64,000 bases of DNA from IMG/VR virus record IMGVR_UViG_3300020183_000013, positions 1 to 64,000 of that record. One strand, written 5' to 3'. Numbering within the stretch: the stretch's first letter is position 1; every line of letters starts with the position of its first letter. Made by a program: the position numbers and the translations under genes. Under the pieces are notes generated by a model. The model saw only the letters and a list, made by a program, of their open reading frames with translations. It was not told the origin of the DNA and searched no databases. Positions 8,700-20,703 of this stretch are shown here, one piece after another. The DNA is from a virus.

Positions 8700-11600
8700 A
8701 TGCCACTCAGTCGCTTAGATAATTTCATCAAGAATGTTCGTGGAAATATTCTTTATGTTAATCCAAATGACCTTGATGCTACTGACAGTATTGAAAATCA
8801 AGGAAATTCTTTAACAAGACCGTTCAAAACGATTCAAAGAGCTTTAATTGAGTCTGCAAGATTTTCGTGGCAGGCAGGTTTAGATAATGATAGATTTGGA
8901 AAAACAACTATTCTTGTTTATCCTGGAGAGCATTTAATTGATAACCGTCCTGGTTGGATACCTGATGGTGTCTCTGGTGGCGTAACAAACTTCAGATTGA
9001 GAAACGGCACTACCTCTACAGATTTTTCTCAATTTGGTCTTAGTACAAACTTTGATTTAACAACTGATAATAATGCTCTCTATAAAATGAATAGTATTCA
9101 CGGGGGTGTAATTTTACCTCGTGGTACATCAATCGTTGGTATGGATCTAAGAAAAACCACGATCCGTCCAAAATACGTACCAAACCCAGAAAACGATAAT
9201 ATTGAGAGATCTGCAATTTTTAGATTGACAGGTTCTTGCTACTTGTGGCAATTTACCATTTTTGATGCAAGTCCAAATAGTTTCATTTATAAGGACTACA
9301 CTACTAATACATTTATTCCTAACTTTTCGCACCATAAACTCACTTGCTTTGAGTATGCTGATGGTATTAATAGTGTAAACATTGATGACGAGTTTCAGAC
9401 TTACTCTACAGATCGTACTGATCTTGATATGTATTATGAAAAGATTGGACTTGTATATGGTCCATCTTCTGGAAGAGAAATTCAACCAGATTATCCTTCA
9501 AATGCTATTGACATTCAACCAAAAGTTGATGAATATCGTATTGTTGGAGCAACTGGAGGAACAGTTGGAATCAGTAGCATCAAGGCAGGTAATGGTGTAA
9601 CACCCACCACAACAATTACTGTTACAACTACAGAAGAACTTGGTGGTCTTGATGTTGACACTCCAATTCGTGTTGAAGGTGTTCCAACAACTGGAGCAAC
9701 AAGTTATAATGGACAATTTGTAGTCAGTAATCGTGTTAGTGATACTCAATTCCAATACGAAGTATCAAATCCACCAGAAGTTGCTCTACCATCAACAGCA
9801 GGAGCTCTTGTAAATCTAGTTGTTGATACAGTTTCTTCTGCATCACCATACGTCTTCAATATTTCATTGAGATCTGTTTATGGTATGTGCGGTCTTCACG
9901 CAGATGGAAATAATGCAACAGGTTTCAAATCGATGGTTGTTGCCCAGTTTACTGGTATTGGTCTACAGAAAGATAGAAACGCATTTGTAAAATATAATTC
10001 AACAACAGGAATCTATCAAGGTGCAGAGGTTCCTGCAAACGCAAATATTAATACCGATTCTACAGCACTTTACAAACCTGATTATGAAAACTATCATATT
10101 AAGTGTTCGAATGGATCTATTCTTCAGTTAGTTTCAATCTTTGCAATTGGTTTTGCAGGTCACTTTGTCGCTGAAGGTGGTGGAGATCAATCCATTACAA
10201 ACTCTAACTCTAACTTCGGTGCTAAGTCACTTGTTGCATCGGGATATAGAAAAGATGTATTCCCAAGAGATGATGTTGGATATGTAACTCATATTGTTCC
10301 ACCTAAGGAACTTGAAACTGAGGAAGTTAGTGTTGAATTTACTGCAATTGATGTAGGAGTAACTACTTCAGTATCTGCAGGAGCTGCAACAACTTCACGT
10401 TTGTACTTATATGGTGAAACCAATCAGGATATATCACCAGAAAGTTCTGTAGAAGGATATCGAATTGGTGCAAAGTATGGGGATACTCTAAAGGTTCTTG
10501 TTTCTCAATCTGGAGTCACTACAGAATACTCATCACGTATTGTGATGCCTGATAATGGTGTAGGATTCTCTACATCAACTTCAGAAAAGAGCTTAATTGT
10601 TGGTAATATTTCTAACAACACTTTAGGATTTGCAACAGACCACTCATTTATTTCTGGCGAATCTATTCGTATCATCAGCAATACAGGACAACTACCAGAT
10701 GGTTTAGAAAGTAATAGAATTTATTATGCTGTTACAAGTGCAACTGGAATTGGATCAACACAAATAAAAGTAGCACAAACTCTGAACGATGCAATTAATA
10801 GTTCACCAACTACATTAACCTTCAACACTGCAGGGGGAACTCTAACAGTTATAAGTAGAGTAAGTGATAAACAATCTGGGGATATTGGCCACCCAATTCA
10901 GTATGATACAACACAAAATCAGTGGTATCTAAACGTATCTGCTGCATCAACAGAGAATGGAATCTATTCTCAAATTCGTTCATTGGGTGCAACAAATCTT
11001 GGTGATGCAACATCAAGAACTTATATTACTAGAAGAACTGATAATAGAGGCTTAGTAGATACTGTTTATAGATTGAGATATTGTATTCCAGCAGGATCTG
11101 GAATTACCACTGCTAGACCACCTATTGATGGATTTGTAATTCAAGAATCAACAAACTCCAGTGGATATACTGATGCAGAGAACGCTGCATATTTCAGTGT
11201 TTCTGGAGCAACTCTTACAAATGAAAATGAACTAAGAAATCCAAAATTCGTTGCAAATGCAACTTGGACTTCTGGAATTACCACGATAACATCAGAACTT
11301 CCTCACGGACTGAGAGTTGGTGATCGTGTTAAGATTGAAAAAGTAACACCCACTGGTTATAATGGAACATATACTGTAACTTCTGTTCCAAGTACAAAAG
11401 AGTTTAATTATTCACTGGAAACAAATCCAGGAACTTTCACGAATGATACTACTACTCGTGATGCAGATCTTCCAAGATTTGCACGTAAGAAATATAATGG
11501 AACTTATTACATCTACCGATCACAAGAAGTTCAAAAATATATTCCAGGAAAGCAAGATGGTATCTATCATCTGTTTGTCCTAAATTCATCCAATAGTCCA

Positions 11601-14600
11601 AATGTAACTCCATTTACTAATCTGAGATTCTCTCAACCAATTCAGAATTTCTATCCTCAGACAAATAGAGATAATCCAACATCAGATCCAAAACCATCTG
11701 TATCTTTTGCACTTCCAAATCCAATTGGTCAAGTTGCAATTGATGATCCTCAGCACAGTATTACAAAAGAAACTCTTAATGCTTCTCTTCTAGATTCTCG
11801 CTCTGGAATTGGTATTACAGATATTGTTTCCTTGTCTGGTGTTGGGCATACAATTCATACAGATTATAACCACGGTTTGAACCGTATTATTCAAGTTGGA
11901 ATTGCTAATAGTGGTGCTGGATATGGAAATGGATCCGCACAAACATTTTATAATGCAAAACTCGTAAGTATTGGTGCTTCAGTCACTGGATCTGATGCTA
12001 CTGCTAGAGTCACTGTTAATGCAAGTGGAAATATTACCGCTGTCAAGATTATGGACGGCGGCAGTGCTTACGGTATTGGTAATACACTATCTGTCGTAGG
12101 TATCGCAACTACTACTGGACATACAGTTGGTGTTGTAAATGTAACCAAAATATACAACAACATTGGAGATACTCTTGTAATTGATGCTATTAGATCGAAA
12201 ACTTATGATGGATATAATGAGATCTATAGAATTACTGATGTTCCAATCGGAAAACCAAAGCAGATTGTTGTTGAATCTACTAGAAGCATTGGAGCTGCTA
12301 CAACTCTTGGAATTGGATCTGTAGTTACTTCAAATTCAACTGCATATCTATCCGGAAGATCAGTAGTTGTCTCTGCATTTAGTTACAATCCAACAACAGG
12401 TCTTGGTATTGTAACAACCAGTGATTACCATGGACTTAAGGTTGATAATAAAGTTCGTCTAAGTGGTGCTTCCGAGAGTTTCTATAACGATGACTTTGTA
12501 GTTAAGAGAGTTGGTTCTTCAACATCATTCACCTTAAATGTAGGAATTAATACTTTTGCTCCTACAATTTCAGGAACTCTTTATATTCATCACCCAGGAT
12601 ATAGTTCAAGTGGTGGTAATATAGACTTTACTAATGATAGTGGTTCTGGAAGACTGTTTACAAAATATGCAGGAATTACTACTACTCTTGCGTCTCCAAT
12701 TTCTGATACTACAACTGACACTATCTCAATCACAAACATTGAAAATTATGACATTAATATTGGAGATTATTTGAGCATTGATAATGAGATTGTAAGGGTC
12801 AAGACAACCACAACTGGAACTAATCCAATTTCAGTTTTCCGTGGAGTTCTTGGAACAAGAGCAGCAGCACACGGAAGCAATAGTGTCGTAAGAAGAATCA
12901 AGTGTGATCCAATTGAGTTCCGTAGAAATTCAATTATCCGTGCATCTGGACATACTTTTGAATATGTTGGTTTTGGTCCTGGTAACTATTCTACTGCGCT
13001 ACCAGATCGTCAAGATAGACAGATTACTGGTCAGGAAGAACTTCTAGCTCAATCAACAAAGATTGATGGTGGTATTAACGTCTTCACTGGAATGAATAAT
13101 GATGGCGACTTCTACGTTGGTAATAAGAAAGTTAATTCAGCAACAGGACAAGAGGAAGTATTTGACTCACCAATTCCAACGGTAACTGGTGAAGATTTAG
13201 GTTCTACAGGACTCAACATTGGATTTGATGTTCTTACTCCTCTTGAAGTTTCCATCAGCCGTTCTATCCGTGTAGAAGGTGGTTCGGATCAGAATATTAT
13301 CTCCGAATTTGATGGACCAGTAATCTTTAACAATAAGATTACATCAAACTCATCAAAAGGTATTGAAGCGAATTCACTGTTCCTCCAAGGTGATACTAAA
13401 GTATCCAGAAAATATACTGTAGGAAATACTGAACCAACAATCTCAGGAAACCCTGGAGATGTTGTTTATAACTCAACTCCTGTTAAGGGAGGATCCATTG
13501 GTTGGGTTTACACTGCTGATAATGATTGGTACAAGTTCGGAGGAATTAGTCTTTCAAATACTTCGAATGTTCTCCTTGTTGATCAACTCGGTATTTCTAC
13601 AACCTCACCTGGTGATTGTAAACTCAGAGTTGGTTCTGGAACCACATTATTCTGTGTAGATGCAAATGGTGTTGGTATTGGAACAACTGCAAATCAGTTT
13701 AAGTTAAATGTAGTTGGAAGTGCAAGAGTATCTGGTGGTGCTACAATTACTGGAACCTTAAATGTTGGTTCTACTCTTACCGCAGGATTCCTTGTTGGTG
13801 ATGGTAGCGGAATCACTAATCTAAACGTTGCTTCTAGTGGTTGGTCTCAGGTTGCTTCTGGACTTGGCACTGGCATTTATAATACACAAGTATCTGATAA
13901 TGTTGGTGTAGGAACTTCAAGACCAAGATTTGTTCTTGAAGTTGGTGCTGTTGGAACTGGATTAACTGATCTTTATGTAAATAACAGATCAATCTTCAAT
14001 GGTCCAGTTACTGCAAATTCTGGAGCAGTTGTAAGTGGAATGCTTACGAGCACTTCATTCAGACTTGATAGTGCAACTGGAAACATTAGAGCAGGTATTG
14101 TTACAACAGGTGTTGGTGTAGTCAATACAAGTTTCTCTGTTGGATCCGCACTTACAGTAACTTCTGGAGGTAGAATTGGTCTAGGTGTTGCATCTCCAAG
14201 TGAACTTCTGGAAGTTAATGGACGTGCCAAGTTTAAGAGTTATTATGAAGGTGTCACAGCACTTTCTGTAGCATCCTTGAATGTGAATGTTAATCTTAAT
14301 GATGGACAAACATTTACACTCACACCATCTTCAAATATTAATAGATTTACTTTACTCAATCCACCATCTGGATCAAATTCAACATCTTTCACAATTTCAA
14401 TTACTCAAGGTTCAACTCCATTCTTAGTTTCTATTGATACATTCTTTAATGCATTTGGTGTTCAAATTCCTGTGTACTGGGCTTCAGGTATTGTTCCAAC
14501 GGTTACAAATATTGCTGGTGCAAGAGATGTTTACTCATTCACTACTTTTGATGGTGGAGCAACTCTCTATGGCGTTGTCGGAGGTCAGAACTTCTCATGA
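8700..14600 (+). CDS. Large virion structural/fibre protein
   Basis: 1966 aa; N-terminus MPLSRLDNF..PFKTIQRAL typical of cyanomyovirus fibres; repeated HGL.VGD.V beta modules; VGIGT repeats; C-terminal adaptor-like domain. Confidence 0.8.
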   Translation: MPLSRLDNFIKNVRGNILYVNPNDLDATDSIENQGNSLTRPFKTIQRALIESARFSWQAGLDNDRFGKTTILVYPGEHLIDNRPGWIPDGVSGGVTNFRLRNGTTSTDFSQFGLSTNFDLTTDNNALYKMNSIHGGVILPRGTSIVGMDLRKTTIRPKYVPNPENDNIERSAIFRLTGSCYLWQFTIFDASPNSFIYKDYTTNTFIPNFSHHKLTCFEYADGINSVNIDDEFQTYSTDRTDLDMYYEKIGLVYGPSSGREIQPDYPSNAIDIQPKVDEYRIVGATGGTVGISSIKAGNGVTPTTTITVTTTEELGGLDVDTPIRVEGVPTTGATSYNGQFVVSNRVSDTQFQYEVSNPPEVALPSTAGALVNLVVDTVSSASPYVFNISLRSVYGMCGLHADGNNATGFKSMVVAQFTGIGLQKDRNAFVKYNSTTGIYQGAEVPANANINTDSTALYKPDYENYHIKCSNGSILQLVSIFAIGFAGHFVAEGGGDQSITNSNSNFGAKSLVASGYRKDVFPRDDVGYVTHIVPPKELETEEVSVEFTAIDVGVTTSVSAGAATTSRLYLYGETNQDISPESSVEGYRIGAKYGDTLKVLVSQSGVTTEYSSRIVMPDNGVGFSTSTSEKSLIVGNISNNTLGFATDHSFISGESIRIISNTGQLPDGLESNRIYYAVTSATGIGSTQIKVAQTLNDAINSSPTTLTFNTAGGTLTVISRVSDKQSGDIGHPIQYDTTQNQWYLNVSAASTENGIYSQIRSLGATNLGDATSRTYITRRTDNRGLVDTVYRLRYCIPAGSGITTARPPIDGFVIQESTNSSGYTDAENAAYFSVSGATLTNENELRNPKFVANATWTSGITTITSELPHGLRVGDRVKIEKVTPTGYNGTYTVTSVPSTKEFNYSLETNPGTFTNDTTTRDADLPRFARKKYNGTYYIYRSQEVQKYIPGKQDGIYHLFVLNSSNSPNVTPFTNLRFSQPIQNFYPQTNRDNPTSDPKPSVSFALPNPIGQVAIDDPQHSITKETLNASLLDSRSGIGITDIVSLSGVGHTIHTDYNHGLNRIIQVGIANSGAGYGNGSAQTFYNAKLVSIGASVTGSDATARVTVNASGNITAVKIMDGGSAYGIGNTLSVVGIATTTGHTVGVVNVTKIYNNIGDTLVIDAIRSKTYDGYNEIYRITDVPIGKPKQIVVESTRSIGAATTLGIGSVVTSNSTAYLSGRSVVVSAFSYNPTTGLGIVTTSDYHGLKVDNKVRLSGASESFYNDDFVVKRVGSSTSFTLNVGINTFAPTISGTLYIHHPGYSSSGGNIDFTNDSGSGRLFTKYAGITTTLASPISDTTTDTISITNIENYDINIGDYLSIDNEIVRVKTTTTGTNPISVFRGVLGTRAAAHGSNSVVRRIKCDPIEFRRNSIIRASGHTFEYVGFGPGNYSTALPDRQDRQITGQEELLAQSTKIDGGINVFTGMNNDGDFYVGNKKVNSATGQEEVFDSPIPTVTGEDLGSTGLNIGFDVLTPLEVSISRSIRVEGGSDQNIISEFDGPVIFNNKITSNSSKGIEANSLFLQGDTKVSRKYTVGNTEPTISGNPGDVVYNSTPVKGGSIGWVYTADNDWYKFGGISLSNTSNVLLVDQLGISTTSPGDCKLRVGSGTTLFCVDANGVGIGTTANQFKLNVVGSARVSGGATITGTLNVGSTLTAGFLVGDGSGITNLNVASSGWSQVASGLGTGIYNTQVSDNVGVGTSRPRFVLEVGAVGTGLTDLYVNNRSIFNGPVTANSGAVVSGMLTSTSFRLDSATGNIRAGIVTTGVGVVNTSFSVGSALTVTSGGRIGLGVASPSELLEVNGRAKFKSYYEGVTALSVASLNVNVNLNDGQTFTLTPSSNINRFTLLNPPSGSNSTSFTISITQGSTPFLVSIDTFFNAFGVQIPVYWASGIVPTVTNIAGARDVYSFTTFDGGATLYGVVGGQNFS

Positions 14601-16960
14601 GATCAAATCACCAATTCTTCAGAAAAACTCCTAGTAATCTAGATATCAATCCACCTTCTATTACAATTGCAACTCAACCACAGAATGCAACAGCAACTCC
14701 TGCATATCAGGTAGTTACTGCTGGTCCTCCTGTCATTCCCATAATGACAATATCACCAGCAACTCCTAATGGGACTACATCAATCAATCTGAATAATATC
14801 ACAACCTTCCAAGATTTTGCTCCTGGTGTTGAGTATACACTTACACCTAATGTAAGTTTTACTGCAAGAACTTACCTTGTTGGTGCAATGGGTGGTTTTG
14901 GTCAAAGAGGTGGAGTTGACAGGCAAGTTGGAGGTTTAGGTGGTTATGTTCAGGGAACTTTAACCTTTAATGCTGGACAATCATATAAGGTAAGAGTTGG
15001 TGGTGCTGGTGCCAGTAGTAGAAGTTTTAATAATCTTGCAGCAACTTTTACTGGTGCGGGATTAAAAGCAGAAACTACGGGAGGATCATATCCTGGTGCT
15101 CAAGGCGGTGGATATACTGGTCTATTTTTACTATCTGCAACACAAGCAAATGCTCTTTTAATTGCATCGGGTGGTGGAGGTGCTTCTGAAGATCCTGCAA
15201 GTGGAGGCAATGGTGGACTTCCAAATGGATCAGATGGTTCAAATGGAAGCAGAGCGGGTAAAGGTGCCACACAAACTTCTGGAGGTCTTGGAGCTCGTGG
15301 TGGGCAGGCAGGTTCTGCATTAACAGGAGGAAATGGAAATGCTGAAGGTGCTGGAGGCGGTGGTGGATATTTTGGCGGTGGTGGTGGTGGATCTGAAGGT
15401 GCAGGGGCTGGCGGCGGCGGTTCTAGTTATTTTAATCCAACATTAGTAACTGGTGGTTCATATTCAACAACAGATTCTGCGGGTGGTGGCGTAATTACAA
15501 ATAGAAACGGTTCTTTTAAGTTTACTATTCTTTCTGTGGCTCCAGGACAAAATACAGATCCTATCGTTACAAATTTCCCAGAAACTCCTGGTACTTTTAC
15601 AATTAATTCTTCATTCACATCAGGAGCATCGGGCAGTTTATCCTATCAGTGGTATAGAGTTGGTTCTGGAGCAATTTCAGGTGCAACAGGAACAAGTCTC
15701 ACTGTCTCTGATGTTGGTGCATTAAACGGAGCACAATATTACTGTCAGGTTAATTTTAATCGTTCTGGAAATACTGCAAACGCTCTTAATTCTCCTTTAC
15801 TTTCCAACACTGTTACCTTAACCGTAAGACCTGTAATAACAATTACTCAACAACCAACGAGTCAATCTTCTTCAACAACAACTTCTACAATATTTGCTGT
15901 TGCCGCAAGTGTAAGTAATGGCACGAATAATCAATTATCTTATCGTTGGAAACTTAATGGAATTTCTCTGAATGGTGGGACAAATACTATCACAGGAGCA
16001 ACATTTACTGCTTCAGGAGTAACAACACCAAATCTTACGATTGGAGGTTCAAATGTTGGGCAATATGAAATTGCTGTAGATGTATCACATCCATCCGCAG
16101 TAAACTCACCATTACAATCAAATGAAATTAACTATACAGTAACTCCAGGAAGAAACTCTATTAACTACGAGTTTGCATCTGAGACAAGTGCAATTCTTGC
16201 AACCACTGGTCAGGTTGATTTGGCAGGTAGTCCACTTATTCTTAATTTTGATTCTACGAGACCTCTACAAATTCTTTATGCATCAGAAAGAGATATTAGA
16301 GTACGTGCAGAAATTTATGGTGGAAAAGGTAGCAATAATGGAGGACAAGGTGGTTACTCATTGATCGAATTTGTAATGCAAAGAAACGTTGAATATGTAG
16401 TAACTAGAGATGATACTGGAAGAGCAATCTTCATTTATAGAAAGGCAAGTTTAATGGCTGCAGTTGGTTCGGGATGTGACAGAGTTGCAAATGCTGCTGG
16501 TGGTGGAGTAGGAATTGCCGTTGGAAATAATGGAAATCCGATTCGCGGAGCAGCAGAAATTGTTCAAGGTGGTCTTAATAACTCATTGGGAAGATATGTT
16601 GATAGTATGTTCTCTGGTATTGGTGTTGCTTATCAATGTCCGATTGGAAGTTATTATAGAAATATTACACCTTGTTCAGACATACCAGGAAGCACTCAAT
16701 TTAGAGTCCGAGATGGACAATTAGTTACCAATACTGCATTAATTCAAAGAGGATATAAATCAAGTAATTCTCAAGAACATTTCAGAAACACTGGTAATCA
16801 AGGTAGTGGTTATGGTGTCATTGGTGGTACATACAGTGGTAATAATAATCCTACCAGTGGTGGTAGTGGATATACTGATAGATCTTTTACCATTATTAGT
16901 TCTACTATAGGTGGAAGTAATGAAACTTATGGTAAAGTTATAATTACTTTGGCACCATAA
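14597..16960 (+). CDS. Gly-rich adhesin with Ig-like domains
   Basis: I(A/T)xQP..SY(Q/R)W Ig-like motifs flanking a polyglycine block; ATGA-coupled to the upstream fibre. Confidence 0.7.
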   Translation: MRSNHQFFRKTPSNLDINPPSITIATQPQNATATPAYQVVTAGPPVIPIMTISPATPNGTTSINLNNITTFQDFAPGVEYTLTPNVSFTARTYLVGAMGGFGQRGGVDRQVGGLGGYVQGTLTFNAGQSYKVRVGGAGASSRSFNNLAATFTGAGLKAETTGGSYPGAQGGGYTGLFLLSATQANALLIASGGGGASEDPASGGNGGLPNGSDGSNGSRAGKGATQTSGGLGARGGQAGSALTGGNGNAEGAGGGGGYFGGGGGGSEGAGAGGGGSSYFNPTLVTGGSYSTTDSAGGGVITNRNGSFKFTILSVAPGQNTDPIVTNFPETPGTFTINSSFTSGASGSLSYQWYRVGSGAISGATGTSLTVSDVGALNGAQYYCQVNFNRSGNTANALNSPLLSNTVTLTVRPVITITQQPTSQSSSTTTSTIFAVAASVSNGTNNQLSYRWKLNGISLNGGTNTITGATFTASGVTTPNLTIGGSNVGQYEIAVDVSHPSAVNSPLQSNEINYTVTPGRNSINYEFASETSAILATTGQVDLAGSPLILNFDSTRPLQILYASERDIRVRAEIYGGKGSNNGGQGGYSLIEFVMQRNVEYVVTRDDTGRAIFIYRKASLMAAVGSGCDRVANAAGGGVGIAVGNNGNPIRGAAEIVQGGLNNSLGRYVDSMFSGIGVAYQCPIGSYYRNITPCSDIPGSTQFRVRDGQLVTNTALIQRGYKSSNSQEHFRNTGNQGSGYGVIGGTYSGNNNPTSGGSGYTDRSFTIISSTIGGSNETYGKVIITLAP

Positions 16961-16993
16961 ATAATAAAAACACTTGGGGGAGAGTGAACCCAT

Positions 16994-19060
16994 ATGGCAG
17001 TTAATAAGAATTTTGTCATTAAGCACGGTGTTGAAGTTTCTGATAATCTAATCTATGCCAATCCTGACGTTGATAGAGTTGGTATTGGAACCACTGTTTT
17101 AAATTACACTCTAGAAGTTAATGGTGGTATTGGTGCCACTAACTTAAATGTAAGTGGAATTGCAACAATTACAACATTAGTTGCAACTGCTTTAACAGTA
17201 TCAAGTTTGAATATTGGAGCAATTTCAAATCCAACCGTAGCATTTTCTACAGTCACTGCTACAAATGCAATTCCAACAAATCTAGATTTAACTAGTTCTA
17301 CAATTAGTATCGGTGGGACTGTAGGTTCTAATGGTCAGTATTTAATTTCAACTGGTTCTGGTGTTAACTGGATCTCAACTCCAACTGCAAGAACCTCTAC
17401 AACAATTATTGCAGCTCCAGCACAAACAAGCATTTCATATACTTACACAGTTGGACTAGTAGATGTTTATATCAATGGTGTTAAGTTAGCACCAACAGAA
17501 TTCACTGCAAACGATGGTGTATCAATTACGCTCAATCAAGCGTGTTTCGGTGGTGAATCTATTGAGGTTATTGCTTATGCAGTTTCTTCTCTTGGAGCTG
17601 GTACAAGTGGTATTCAAGGTATTACAATTCAAAATCAAGGTATCACAACTGGAACTCCACTGAGTATTACGTCTCTTAACTTCGTTGGTGCCTCTGTAAC
17701 TGCGATCAATAGTGGAGTTGGTGTTACTGTCTATATCTCAGATAATAACAATACAACTTATTCATCAAGTGCTGGTATAGCAACAGTTGCTCAAGATCTT
17801 ACAGGAACTCCAAATATTACTGTTGGAACCATAGATGGTTCTAGTCTAAACATATCTGGTCTTTCAACTTTCGCTGGTATCACCACAGTCACTGGAACAA
17901 CATTATTCTCCAAGCAACTGAATATTTCTGGTATTGCTACCGTCAGACAACTTTCTGACTATAAGGCACTTGTAGGTGCTGCAAGTTCTACAACAGAGAC
18001 ATTTGTCGTCACCGTTGCTTCAAAAACAGCAAACCATCGTTACTTTGGAACTGGTTCTGCTAGTGGATACTATATTGATGATAAAGAGTCTCCATTTATT
18101 ACATTGTTACCTGGAAAAACATATCGTTTTGACCAGGCAAATGCATCTAACGCCACTCATCAACTTAGGTTTTATCTAGAGGCAGATAAAACAACACAAT
18201 ACACGACAAATGTAACTTTTAACGGAACCGCTGGAAGTGCTGGTGCTTATACAGAAATTATTGTTACTGACACAACACCGATTGTTTTACATTATCAGTG
18301 TGTCAATCACGGTTATATGGGTAATTCGGTTCAAACGAATTCAAACTTCATCAATACTCCATATAGTATCAACACTATTGGTGGACTTTCAGTTTCTGGT
18401 GTCACAACCTCAGGCACACTCAATATTGGAACTGGTGGAACAGTTATTACCACAACTAGTGCTGGATTGGTTGGAATAGGAACCACAAACCCTGGTGAAA
18501 AATTGCAAGTTGATGGAAATATTAGAGTTGGTATTTCAACAACTTCAAATTATATTACATTCTATGGAACTTACAAAGACGGTCCATTAAATGTTGGTAC
18601 AGAACTTCCATATCAACACACTTATATTGGTGAAAGAATTTATGATTATTCTGGACCTGAAGCAGAAAGATCTGAACTATTACTATTCAAAGGAAACGAT
18701 ACTGCGGGAGTAGCAGGTCCAGATAGAATAAGATTATTTGCAGGAGAACATAGATTTGATGTTCTAGGTTTTAACACTACAGGTACTTTTGAGCAAGTTG
18801 GAGTATCAACTGCAGCAGTTAATAAATTAACGATTACTTCTACTGGTGTTGGTATTGGAACTACCAATGCAACGAGTGCCCTTACAGTAAAAGGAAATAC
18901 GTCTCTTGAAACGTTAAATGTTTCTGGTATTTCTACTTTTAGTGGAAATGTAAGAGTTGGCGTAGATACTTCATCTGGTGTCATTCTTACATCACCAAAT
19001 GGAACACAGTATCGTCTTATTGTTGATGACTCTGGTACTCTCAGCACTGTTGCTGTTTAA
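16994..19060 (+). CDS. Tail fibre protein with VDVYINGV domain and cupredoxin-like domain
   Basis: MAVNKNFVIKHG start, GIGTT repeats, HYQCVNHGYMG motif. Confidence 0.75.
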   Translation: MAVNKNFVIKHGVEVSDNLIYANPDVDRVGIGTTVLNYTLEVNGGIGATNLNVSGIATITTLVATALTVSSLNIGAISNPTVAFSTVTATNAIPTNLDLTSSTISIGGTVGSNGQYLISTGSGVNWISTPTARTSTTIIAAPAQTSISYTYTVGLVDVYINGVKLAPTEFTANDGVSITLNQACFGGESIEVIAYAVSSLGAGTSGIQGITIQNQGITTGTPLSITSLNFVGASVTAINSGVGVTVYISDNNNTTYSSSAGIATVAQDLTGTPNITVGTIDGSSLNISGLSTFAGITTVTGTTLFSKQLNISGIATVRQLSDYKALVGAASSTTETFVVTVASKTANHRYFGTGSASGYYIDDKESPFITLLPGKTYRFDQANASNATHQLRFYLEADKTTQYTTNVTFNGTAGSAGAYTEIIVTDTTPIVLHYQCVNHGYMGNSVQTNSNFINTPYSINTIGGLSVSGVTTSGTLNIGTGGTVITTTSAGLVGIGTTNPGEKLQVDGNIRVGISTTSNYITFYGTYKDGPLNVGTELPYQHTYIGERIYDYSGPEAERSELLLFKGNDTAGVAGPDRIRLFAGEHRFDVLGFNTTGTFEQVGVSTAAVNKLTITSTGVGIGTTNATSALTVKGNTSLETLNVSGISTFSGNVRVGVDTSSGVILTSPNGTQYRLIVDDSGTLSTVAV

Positions 19061-19085
19061 TAAATAAAAATATAAGGAGAAAGCA

Positions 19086-20660
19086 ATGAGTATCAGAAAT
19101 AGAGAACTATCACAATTTGGTTCTTTTATACACATTGATGATGATTCTCAGAGTATTGGAATTACTACTGAGGCCACTCCAAATGTTGGAATAGGAACAA
19201 CAGTTGCTACTCATAAGTTTACGGTAGTTGGTGAAACAAACTTCAATGGAAATGTTGGAGTAACAGGTATCATTACTGCAACCAATTTCTACGGAAATGG
19301 AGCAACATTAAGTGGTATTGTAGGAATTGCAACAGATGGTTGGGTTGTTAATGGTGCTGGAATCACCACAACTAGAAACGTTGGAATTGGAACTACAAAT
19401 GCAACGAGTGCATTAACAGTCACTGGAAATGGTTCATTTAGTGGTATCATCACAGCATCTAGATTTGTATCAACTGTATCTTCTGGAACTGCTCCACTTA
19501 CAGTATCATCAACAACTCTTGTCAATAATCTAAACGCAGATTTATTCCAAGGAAGAACTCCTCCTTCTGGCGGATTAGTTGGCGATACTGACTCCCAGAC
19601 TCTTACCAATAAGATATTTACTTCACCAAGAATTAATGGTATTGGCGCAAGTTTTGTAGGTTCATCATCTGGAAATACTATTCTTACAGCATCAGCAACA
19701 GCATCAGGTACACTCACTCTTCCTGCAGAAACAGGAACTCTTATCAGTACAGGAAGTGTGGGAGTTGTTACTGCTGGTTTGATTGCTGATGGAGCGATTA
19801 CAAATATTGATATTGCCGCCGCCGCTGGAATTACTTATGGTAAGTTAAGTTTAACAAATTCAATTGTTAATGCTGATATTGCAACTGGTGCAGCAATAAC
19901 TTATGGAAAATTAAGTCTTTCCAATTCACTTGTCAATGCTGATATTGCAACTGGTGCTGCAATTGACATTACAAAACTTTCAGCATCTACAATTTCAGGT
20001 ATTTCTCTGGGAAGTAATCTGAATACATTGACTTTTGGTACTTATTTAACTGGAACTTCATATAATGGCTCAGCGGCAGTTACAATTGCAACAAATGCTA
20101 CTAGCGCAAATACTGCATCAACTTTAGTTGCTCGTGATGCAAGTGGAAACTTTAGTGCTGGTACAATCACTGCAACTCTAACTGGCAATGCTTCCTCTGC
20201 AACTTCAGCATCATCAGCAGACCAAATCAAAACAACTACAAGATCAACTGCGGCTACTCATTACCTAACATTTGTCGATTCTGATAATGGAAGTGCAACG
20301 GCAGAAACACTTTACACTGATGCTGGAATTACGTACAATCCTTCAACAAATGACCTAACTGCATCAGGAAACGTTACAGCATATTCTGATGTTTCTTTAA
20401 AAGAAAACATTGAGACTATTTCAAATGCTCTTGAAATGGTGAATTCACTTCGTGGTGTTAGATTCAATCGTAAGGACTTGGAAGGAAATCCACTGCAAAT
20501 TGGTGTGGTTGCACAAGAGGTTGAAAAGATTGTCCCTGAGGTTGTGAAGACTGCAGATGATGGATTAAAATCCGTTGCATATGGTAACCTGATTGGAGTT
20601 CTGATTGAGGCAATTAAAGAACTCTCAGATAAGGTTGATAAATTGAGTGAAAATAGATAA
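19086..20660 (+). CDS. Tail fibre with C-terminal peptidase S74 intramolecular chaperone
   Basis: YSDVSLKENI..GVVAQEVE..VAYGNLIGVLIEAIKEL. Confidence 0.85.
   Translation: MSIRNRELSQFGSFIHIDDDSQSIGITTEATPNVGIGTTVATHKFTVVGETNFNGNVGVTGIITATNFYGNGATLSGIVGIATDGWVVNGAGITTTRNVGIGTTNATSALTVTGNGSFSGIITASRFVSTVSSGTAPLTVSSTTLVNNLNADLFQGRTPPSGGLVGDTDSQTLTNKIFTSPRINGIGASFVGSSSGNTILTASATASGTLTLPAETGTLISTGSVGVVTAGLIADGAITNIDIAAAAGITYGKLSLTNSIVNADIATGAAITYGKLSLSNSLVNADIATGAAIDITKLSASTISGISLGSNLNTLTFGTYLTGTSYNGSAAVTIATNATSANTASTLVARDASGNFSAGTITATLTGNASSATSASSADQIKTTTRSTAATHYLTFVDSDNGSATAETLYTDAGITYNPSTNDLTASGNVTAYSDVSLKENIETISNALEMVNSLRGVRFNRKDLEGNPLQIGVVAQEVEKIVPEVVKTADDGLKSVAYGNLIGVLIEAIKELSDKVDKLSENR
19800..19980 (+). 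repeat. Intragenic tandem 22-aa (66-bp) repeat
   Basis: ITYGKLSL(T/S)NS(I/L)VNADIATGAA, about 2.5 copies. Confidence 0.75.
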
Positions 20661-20703
20661 ATATATCATAATTTAAAGAATGTCTTTGCACGGAGAAATA
20701 TAG